Shown: positions 54,197 to 64,000 of the stretch, in pieces
Layout of the letters: every line of letters begins with the position of its first letter
Position numbering within the stretch: position 1 is the first letter of the stretch
From: Octopus sinensis
Lineage: Eukaryota
Direction: 5' to 3'
Assembly: GCF_006345805.1 (NCBI RefSeq)
Contig: NW_021833251.1
Span: forward strand, 1 to 64,000
Length of the DNA stretch: 64,000 nucleotides
Made by a program: the position numbers and the translations under genes
Notes under the pieces: generated by a model
What the model was told of the DNA's origin: nothing
The model's database searches: none
What the model saw: only the letters and a program-made list of their open reading frames with translations

Positions 54197-55789
54197 TGTG
54201 TGTGTTTTGTGTGTGTGTGTGTGTGTGTGTGTATTTACATAAGAATTTTTACCTATGCATGTGTTAATTGCTTCAGTCATTGGACTACAACCATACTGAC
54301 CATCGTCTTGAAGATACTGGTTGAAGATACTCCAGTTCTTCTATCAGACTTTTTCGCCTACTACAGAGGACGTAAGTAAGCGAACACCGATTGTCAACCC
54401 ATAGACTTAGCACAATCACAAACAGAAAGTCATGCCCATTGACATATACATACATATACATAAATACATACACACATACACACACGCGAACAGACACACA
54501 GACAGATACATACACCCACACTGACATGCACAGACGTCGGGCGTCCGTATAATTTCCGTCTACCAAATTCACTCCCATGATAATCGCATTTATAACATGC
54601 ATTTCCATTCATGTTTAAATTGTGTATGTCTCCCTTGTTTAACACGATTCTCGCTTTACACGGTGACTTTCAGAAACCATGAACCTTGTACCCCGTGTAT
54701 CAGCTTTATGTGTCTGCATGTGTATATGCATACGTATATGCGTAGATTTCCATGTCTGTTTAGCATATCCAGGATTACTTTATTCAATGTGTCACTGTAT
54801 TTTGAAGTGTGTAAGGTGTGATTATAGATGTTATCAAAGAGCAATACATTGATTTATATTTTCACTTAACTAAAGTGTTATCTCGTTGAGCGGAAATTTG
54901 CAGACGTTATATCCATGGCTTGCTCGGCGTCAACCAACTTCAAGCAGAATGACTTTATAAATCGTATGTACACCAGTCGAAGTTTCGCCTCGCTGCTTTG
55001 CGTTCCACATTTTACTTAAATACATCCAGAAATACCAACATTTGTATATGGCCACATTGATCAGGCTTCTACACTGTATGCTGTCGAATGAGTTAACCAG
55101 AGTACATTTTATATCAGTTTAGTAGTCCATAATTTCGACTACAACATTGAAAGCAAACTTACTACATAAACAACAGTGTCAAATCGACTAAAAGTCTGGC
55201 AAGGACAAATACTTGATATGGGCTCCAACAGGCACACATGAATAGATACACATATATATTCTTTCACTTTGTAGCCATTGTTAGCCATTGGACTGCGAGT
55301 TAGCTAGGCAGCAAGGATACTATCTAATACGCGCACACACATACACACACGTGTGTATTAAAGAAAATGAGATGACAAATGAGTAAATAATAATCGTATG
55401 TAGTTCATTGACTTACAACTGTTTCTTTTATAAGATACAGACGATTCATAGTTGTGTACCTGAATGAATCCTTTTAGCTTCGGCAGAACCTCAGGTATGA
55501 AGAGCAATATATTTTGGAAAAATTGTCACCTCACTTTCTTATTATCGATCTGTAGTCGATCAAATCTTAGTTCTGAAGATGATATATTGAGCTCTATAGC
55601 AAGTTTGAAAAAAAAAATTACTTGTTTCTGTCTACCAAATCCTCTCACAAAGCTTTGGTCGACCCGAGGCTACAGTAGAAGACACTTGCTCAAGTTGCCA
55701 CGCATGGGACTGAACCCAGAACCATGTGATTGGGAAGCATGCTTCTTACCACACAGCCGTGAGCAATGTCTGAGGGAAATGTATATGTA

Positions 55790-55965
55790 ACTCCTACTAA
55801 CCAAGGTTTTTAATAAACCAACACCAAGGCAGGAGACTCAAATAAGGATAGCAGGGTCGAACTACCGTCTTCACCAAAATCCAGTCACAGAGAATTGGCC
55901 ATTAAAGGGATGATTACACTGGCGGTGCACTTGCAAGGCCACACCCTTAAGGCTGAAACAGGTAG
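55790..55965 (+). mobile_element. LINE-like (RTE-type) 3' end
   Basis: CAGGAGACTCAAATAAGGATAGCAGGGTCGAACT is homologous to the reverse complement of 62100-62140 and is followed by a SINE-A-like tail. Confidence 0.5.
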
Positions 55966-55984
55966 AGCAATTAGAGAATGTATG

Positions 55985-56345
55985 AGAAGAGGCTTGCTTT
56001 CCAACCATATGGTTCCGGGTTCAGTCCCACTGCGTAGCTCGAACAAGTGACTTCTACTATAGCCTCGGGCAGACCTAAGCATTTTGAGTTAATTTCGTAG
56101 ACGGAAACTTAAAGAAGCCCGTTGTATATATGTGCGTATGTGTCTGTGTGTCTGTCCCCCCCCCCTCATTTGACAACCAATGTTGGTGCGTTTACGTCCC
56201 TGTAGCTTACGGTTTGGCAACAGAGACTGATAGAATAAGTATTAGGGTAACAAACAATAAGTCCTGGGGTCGATTTGTTCAACTAAAGGCGGTGGTCCAG
56301 CATGGCCGCAGTCAATTGACTGAAACAAGTAAAACAATAAAAGAA
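55985..56345 (+). mobile_element. SINE family A, near full length
   Basis: B-box, CORE-like region, internal TG tract and tail present. Confidence 0.85.
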
Positions 56346-57380
56346 GACACATACATACATGCATACATACATACATACATACATACATACATACATACAT
56401 ACATACATACATACATACATACATACATACATACATACATGCACACGCACACAAAAATTATTGTTGTGAAATGCAGATATTTAGAAAAAACTCCCATATT
56501 TTATTGTTTCTCTTACAGATTGCATTTGAAATTTTTTTCGCAACTGGTTACTTTATTAGCCAGCAAATCCACCGTATCTTTTCGGGAATCTCACTTCAAC
56601 ATTTCCTGACGTACCCGAAGACACCAATAAATTATTTATACATCTGAACTTATAAACAAGAAGGAGTAGTTATTGTTTTCGAAACAGTTGGTCGTAAACC
56701 ATTATTTTCTCACAGTTTTGGAAGAAATATTCACATTTGTAAATCAAGTAATTTCTTTGACCGTACATCATACATCCTTTCTGTCCCAACAAATATACCC
56801 AGCCTTTTATGTTTGCACTTGTCAGAAATCTTCATAGGTATGTTTCTTCTATTATTCCTTGTAGTGATATATATGTATTCAATAGCGAGGCAATTCATTT
56901 ATCCATTTATTTTTTTACCTCTTTCGAACAATGGAGAGCGGTGGTGTTTGGGCAACGCCCAAGAGTGTATAGTCGAAAAAGTTGAGATTAGTACATATTG
57001 CCGAGCCGCTGCGAGCGAGGGATATTAACAAATTAACACCGATTGTCAAACATAGAGTTTAAAGCTTACTTTTCCACTGAGGAAACATCAACAAAAAAAT
57101 AATAAAAAGCTATCCAGTGAGAGATAAATATTGAAATATTGTTTAATGTACTCAGTTTGAAGTTACGAGCTACTTAGAGTATCATGCATTGGAGATAAAG
57201 GCTACCTTCTGTCCACTGAAAATTGCTTGCGGACAAAAGCGTGTTATTATACATGCCCAGGCAACATCTCCATTGCATGAAACTATTAGGATCTTATAAC
57301 AGTATACTGCTACATCAATATACATACATGCATACATAAATACATATATACACACATACACACATACATATGTACATATA

Positions 57381-57423
<43 letters not shown>

Positions 57424-57675
57424 ATATATATGTATGTATTATATATGTATATATATGTAATATATATGCATATACTATATATGTATATATGTATATATGT
57501 ATATATATATTATATATATTCTTATATATATGTATATATATAGTAATATATAATGTATGTATCTATATATGTAGATATATGTAATATATATATATATATA
57601 TTTATAAGACTGCCATATTAGTATGGCGATAACTATATAATATATCTAGAGTATATAATATATATATATTATATA

Positions 57676-57721
<46 letters not shown>

Positions 57722-58434
57722 TAATTGCAAGATTCCTATCAAGGTACAGGTAAGTACTTAGAATGGAACTCTCGGCAATTGTGCCGACCCTAAAATTTAT
57801 AAACAGTTCGTAGAACCTCCTTCATGAAATGAACTCTTTATTTCCATTCTTAAAACCAGTTTCATGTATGTATATTCATATACACACACATACACACGCA
57901 TATAATATAATACATGCATATACACATATATATGTATATATATTGTTTTCCTCTTTCTCTCTCTACTTCTGTCTCTGTCACTGTATTTATATGTGAGTGT
58001 GATATAGATATGCATATATATATAAGTTATTCTCTCTCTCTCCCTCTGTTTCTCTCTCTATATATGTGTGTGTCTATGCACATACACGCACTCATACATA
58101 CATACATATTGCTCATAATATTTATTGTTCGATAAGAACAACAGGGCAATGGTGAACTTGATAAAGCATGACAAAGAATATCAGATACCACACATCCAAT
58201 GTATTCTAAAATTATCTGTAATAGTCTAAGCGCCAACCATTGGCATATAGCTGTCACAGTGTGACTTTATTGATGGTGTGACAAATTAATTATGGATTAT
58301 ATAAAGATATACTGGAACAGAGATATTGGCCTAGAAATAGCATGAAGTATAATTATTGATCTCCGACCATTAACTTACATAAAGTTATCAACGGACTCAC
58401 AGCTCTTTCTACCACATCCACGTTAACACACACA

Positions 58435-58513
<79 letters not shown>

Positions 58514-58904
58514 TCTAGCTCCCGCTATTTCTCTGCATGCGTCTGAGAGTGTGAACATATTACAAAATATGAGAAATCATCGATAAGTTGATTAGGTAAT
58601 TTGAATATAGGCACAGGCATGGCTGTGTAGTTAAGACGCCTGCTTTCCAATCACGTAATTCTGTGTTCAAGCCCACCGTGTGGCATATTACGCAAGTGTC
58701 TTCTGGGCCTAACAATGACTTGTTAGTAGATTTGGTAGAAGGTAACTGAAAGAAACCCGTCGTATATGTGTGTGTTCGTGTGTATGTTTATGTTTATGCC
58801 CCAAGTCAACCGGTGTTGATTTGTTTACGTTCCCGTAATGTATCGGTGCATCAAAAGAGACTGTAGACTAACTACCAGGCTAAAGCATAACTACTATACT
58901 CTCT

Positions 58905-59315
58905 CTTTTACTCTTTTACTTGTTTCAGTCATTTGGCTTCAGCCATGCTGGAGCACCGCCTTTAGTCGAGCAAATCGACCCCAGGACTTATCTTTGTAAG
59001 CCTAGTACTTATTCAATCGGTCTTTTTGCCGAACCGCTAAGTTACGGGGACGTAAACACACCAGCATCGGTTGTCAAGCGATGTTGGGGAGACAAGCACA
59101 GACACACAAACATATACACACACATATACACATACACATATATACATATATACGACGGGCTTCTTTCATTTTCCGTCTACTAAATCCACTCACAAAGCTT
59201 TGGTCGGCCCGAGGCTATAGCAGACGACACTTGCTCAAGGTGCCACGCAGTGAGACTGAACCCGGAACCATGTGGTTCGTAAGCAAGCTACTTACCACAC
59301 AGCTACTCTTACGCC
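58905..59315 (-). mobile_element. SINE family A, full length
   Basis: Complete head-to-tail match; lies tail-to-tail with a diverged + copy at about 58612-58890. Confidence 0.92.
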
Positions 59316-60477
59316 TATGTTAGTACATATTAAGGTTATCTACAGATATTCTATAGAATTCGTATCCGAGACGTCAGATGTAAAGAAAGAATGAGACCGA
59401 AGATGAAGAGAGGGTAAACAGAATGTACTATGATCATTCGTTTCACTAACCCCTATAATGCTCGGTTCCATCGTGGTCGCAGTCCAATGACTGAAACAAG
59501 TACAGCATAAAATATCAATGGAAGGAAATAACGCTGTGTAATTCAAAAGTTAGTTTCACACACGTATTCTCGTAGTATGATCTTACTGCATTGGACCATA
59601 GGCAAAATGTACCAAAATCTACCGAGTTGATCTTATCAATAGCTTGGGAGAGTATCGAAATTGTGTAGAAGTCGTTTATATAACTCGACACAGACTTATG
59701 GATACGTGTAGAGTACACATGTATATTGTGAGTATATATGTGCGCATGTATAAATATATGTGTGTGTTTATGTATGTGAGTTGTTTTATAGATATATACG
59801 TATATATCTGAGTATATCAGTATATGCGTGTGTATATGCGTATATGTATGCGAATATGTATATATGCATGAATATATATTTGATTTAAGTGAATCGTTTT
59901 TCACTAAGATCTTTCAAGTATTTCAATCACTAGACTGCAGCTATGGAGAAGATCTATTTGAAATCAAATAGAATTACAAGTACGCGTACACACGCGCGCA
60001 CACATACCCACACAAACACACACACATACATACTCTTCGTGCAGACATACATACTCAGATACAGACACGCGTACACACACGTTCACACAGCTTTACACAG
60101 GAGAGGAGGAAGCAGATTCAATGATAATGGTAAAGAGCTGCAAATATTTCGAATGGAATGGCTATGTTCAGTTTTAAAAACGAATGGTAATACCCTTGAA
60201 CATCCATTCACAGCCATGTATACGTACTTATCAGATGCCTGTGTGTGTATGTGCGTGTATGTGTGTGAATGTGTGCGGGTGTAGATATGTATGCCTGAGC
60301 GTATGCGTATCACTTTATACACACACACATACACACACACATATATATATATATAGGTATGTATGTGTTTAAGTTGGTAGTTATTTAGGAGGCGGGAGGT
60401 AAATATAGATACTTATTTTTTGTCACAATTTAACAATTTAACTTTAAACTCAAGGATTAATTAGTACATTTTAGTAG

Positions 60478-60668
60478 CCTGTGACTGCGTGGTAAGTAAC
60501 TTGCTTACGAAGAACATGGTTCCGAGTTCAGTCCCAGTGCGTGGCACCTTGGGCAACTGTCTTCTACTATAACCTCAGGCCGACCAAAACCTTGTGGGTG
60601 GATTTGGTAGACGGAAACTGAAAGAAGCCCGTCGTATATATATGTATGTGTATATATATGTGTATGTA

Positions 60669-60702
<34 letters not shown>

Positions 60703-60950
60703 TGTGTGTATGTATATATATATGTATGTGTATATGTTTGTGTGTCTGTGTTTGCCCCTCCAACATCGCTTGACAACCGATGCTGATCTGTTTACGTTCT
60801 CGTAACCTAGCGGTTCGGCAAAAGACACCGATAGAATAAGTACTAGGCTTACAAAGAATAAGTCCTGATGTCGATTTGCTTGACTAAAGGCGGTGCTCCA
60901 GCATGGCCACAGTCAAGTGACTGAAACAAGTAAAAGAGTAAAAGAGTAAA
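60478..60950 (+). mobile_element. SINE family A, full length
   Basis: Complete head-to-tail match with expanded internal TA tract. Confidence 0.92.
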
Positions 60951-61184
60951 GTGTACATAATTATGTGTCCCTGTATATGCATATAAGTACAGAAACAGAC
61001 AAACATGAGTACATTCATACATGCATATATATGTGCGTAAACGTTTGTATGTGTGAATGTGTGTGTGTGTGTCTGTGATTGTGTGTGTGAGTGTGTGTGT
61101 GAGTGACTGTATGCATATACATAAATATCAATCTATATAATTTCCTCGACGTTATGGTCAGCAATGCAATACCATCGCTCGTAC

Positions 61185-61620
61185 ATAAATCAATTCTACA
61201 GGGGGCAGATCAGCTTTGGACAGAGACGAGACAGTGGGGAAAGATGACATTCAACTTTCAAGCATCACAGTCCTGGAGAGCAATGATTGGGCGAAAGGGA
61301 TGTCGCTGGTCTGAGCAAAGAAAAGCCCTGATGATGATGTAGAGGAGAGGCGGGTCCATATGCTTAGACCTTGTTCATCTTATCAGTTCAGTATGACAGG
61401 AGCTGTAGTATAACAAAATAGGAGTAGGAGACTAAAGGGAGAGCGTCTTTCTGAGTTTCTATTGTGTTGGTTGCTGAATATTTGCCAATCACCCAGATGG
61501 CCTTTTGTTGCACTTTTAAGTGAGAACGGGTGTTGCTGTAGTTGTAGGTGTTGTTTAGATCCCAGCATAGCGCTGATTGTAGAAGGGCTACCATCTATTA
61601 TGTCTTACGGGGTTGCCACT
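61185..61620 (-). mobile_element. Fossil CR1/L2-clade LINE ORF2 3' end
   Basis: HLKVQQKAIWVIG, LVSYSYF, CHTEL and FAQSLLSRTV...FP match in order the CR1-type C-terminal motifs L..VQ.KA.R.I, LFY.Y, CS.EL and SF..RT..LWN.LP. Confidence 0.6.
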
Positions 61621-61939
61621 GTAACGACGACGTTTTTTTTTTCTTTTTAAATTATGTGTAATTCCTCGTACACATGCACAGCGCACAAACACATACGCAC
61701 ACATATTCATAGGCACTGCGTCTATGTTTCTTATCTGTTGTTTATTTACAATGAATATTTTCATTTATAGATAGATAGATAGATAGAAGGATAGATAGAT
61801 AAATAGATAGATAGATATTTACATGGAGTGTAAGAGAGGTGGGAGAGATGGAGAGATACCGAGATATATAGATAGAGGGACGAGTATACAGGATCGTATC
61901 TCTACATATATACATATATTTACATACAAATCCGTGTAC

Positions 61940-61983
<44 letters not shown>

Positions 61984-61989
61984 CCTTAA

Positions 61990-62163
61990 TCCTTAAAAAT
62001 GTTTTAGCCCGAAGGCCGCGGCCATGCAGGGGCACCACCGCTGAATGAGCTACACTAATATGTGAATCCACCTCTGATACGTGGCACTTGATCAACAGGG
62101 GAGTTCGATGCTGCTGCCCGCATCTGCGTCTCCTGTCGTGAGGTAGGTTCATCTGGGACTCCC

Positions 62164-62165
<2 letters not shown>
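61990..62165 (-). mobile_element. LINE-like (RTE-type) 3' end
   Basis: Frame ending ...RQETQMRAAASNSPC*, then tail GCGGTGGTGCCCCTGCATGGCCGCGGCC...AAAACATTTTTAAGGATTAAGGAT. Confidence 0.55.
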
Positions 62166-62207
<42 letters not shown>

Positions 62208-62366
62208 GTGTATATGTGAGTGTTTAATTGTGTATGATTACGTACGTGTCTGTGTTTGCATGTGTGTGTTTGTGTCTGTGTGTGCGCGCGTGTGTAAAGA
62301 TTGACAGACACAGATATAGAAAGAAACAGAGAAAGGGAGTAATTTCTACCCATATACATACTAACA

Positions 62367-62412
<46 letters not shown>

Positions 62413-62414
62413 TA

Positions 62415-62460
<46 letters not shown>

Positions 62461-63429
62461 ATTATATATGTGTGTGTGTATGTATATGATTTTGATTTTG
62501 ATTTTGATTTTTCCAGTTTCAGCTAATGAGCTGTGGCCATCGGGGCACCATATATATATATTATATATATATATATAGATATATATATATATGTATACAC
62601 ACACACACACACACATACTTACCTATATCTATCTTTCTGTGAGTGTGTGAGCATGTGTGTACATGAATGTGTCTGTGTATCACAACAAAACAAGGCGATT
62701 CGTTCATAATCTGTTTCGTTACAGACCTCTCGAACCAAATGAAATTCGGGCAGTAATACTCACCACTTCCTCCCTTTAAAATGTAAAGGGAGACAGTGAT
62801 GAGCACTTGTATATTTGAAGTTTAGATATGCAGCAATATTCATGTAGATCGAATCACACGGTATATGATGTGCTGCTTAAAATTAGATTTCCAACACTCA
62901 ACGTATATATATTATGTAATATTCCAATGTATGTATATTATAATTATAGTATAAAGGATTAAGGTTTCCGAATCCGGGCAAGTACATTATTAGCACTCTC
63001 ATATAATCCAGACGTGGCTCTCTACATCGAACGGTAGTACTTCCCTCGATAGGTGATTCCTGAGTTCCATATATCGGATTTTTTGCAGCAGACGGGATAC
63101 AATCAAGACATCATATAGAAGAATAGAGGATTATACATCTTCAAAATCCGTTCATTACAAAATTTAATTTCACATTTAATTCCTAAGCGAAACGTGTTTC
63201 TGGTGGATAAGTGCCGTAGTGTCTTTTGATTTAGCATTTATGTGCATTCACTTAGTTCATTTGCAGTACATGTTCATCCAAGGTAGACATGCCTATACGG
63301 CTTTCTTCAAGGTTTTACCCATGCGTGTGGGTGGGACTAGCTTAGATGGACATGTTCTTTAACAGAGACAAGCCTTTTGTACACTAGGCACAAGGCCCGA
63401 CATTTTGGGAGAGGGGTCTAGTCGATTAG

Positions 63430-63642
63430 ATCGACCACAGCTTTTAATTGGTGTTTATTTTATCGACCTAAAAGAATAAAAGGCAAAATCGATCTCGTCG
63501 GAATTTGAACTCAGACGTAGCGACGGGAGAAATACTGCTAAGCATTTCGTCCAGCGCTCTAACGATTCTGCCCGCTCACCGCCTTGATGATGATGATCAT
63601 GATGATCATGATGATCATGATGATCATGACGACGACGACGAC

Positions 63643-63674
<32 letters not shown>

Positions 63675-64000
63675 TAATATTAATAATAATAATAACAATT
63701 TTAACATAGGCACAAGGCCTGGATTTTGGTGGTGGAGAGACAGTCGATCACAGCGACTTCAGTACGCAACTGGTACTTACTTCATCGACCCCGAAAGGGT
63801 GAAAGGCAAAGACGACCTCGGCGGAATTTGAACTCTGAACGTAAAGACAGACACAATATCACTAAGCATTTCGCCCGGCGTGCTAACGTTTCTTATTTCT
63901 TTATTGCCCACAAGGAGCTAAACATAGAGGGGACAAACAAGGACAGACAAAGGGATTAAGTCGATTACATCGACCCCAATGCGTAACTGGTACTTAATTT
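63430..64000 (-). mobile_element. Cluster of three SINE family B copies (about 63430-63585, 63740-63888, 63889-64000)
   Basis: Reverse-complement matches to the family-B head, domain and tail. Confidence 0.85.

Overview
AT-rich, repeat-saturated animal genomic DNA. The SINE families and the TA/GATA/TAA microsatellite load point to an octopus genome (inference). I found no confidently identifiable protein-coding host gene, and almost all ORFs in the supplied track are microsatellite artefacts. The window holds many copies of three tRNA-derived SINE families: A (CORE-like box), B (Nin/Deu-like box) and C (clear tRNA head). It also holds fossil DNA transposons (Tigger/pogo, three mariner loci, a hAT MITE, a tandem Helentron/HINE-like pair), fossil LINE ends (CR1/L2-like, R4/Dong-like, RTE-like), and two large GGTT/AACC higher-order minisatellites in inverted orientation about 4 kb apart. 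The most interesting signal is a set of minimal type-I hammerhead ribozyme motifs in four unrelated sequence families. Two occur as divergent inverted pairs (16.75-17.18 kb, 22.17-22.39 kb), the architecture of Penelope-like element termini. One of these is fused behind a tRNA-like head, suggesting a SINE mobilised by Penelope-like machinery. All alignments and folds were done by eye, and coordinates of decayed elements are approximate.
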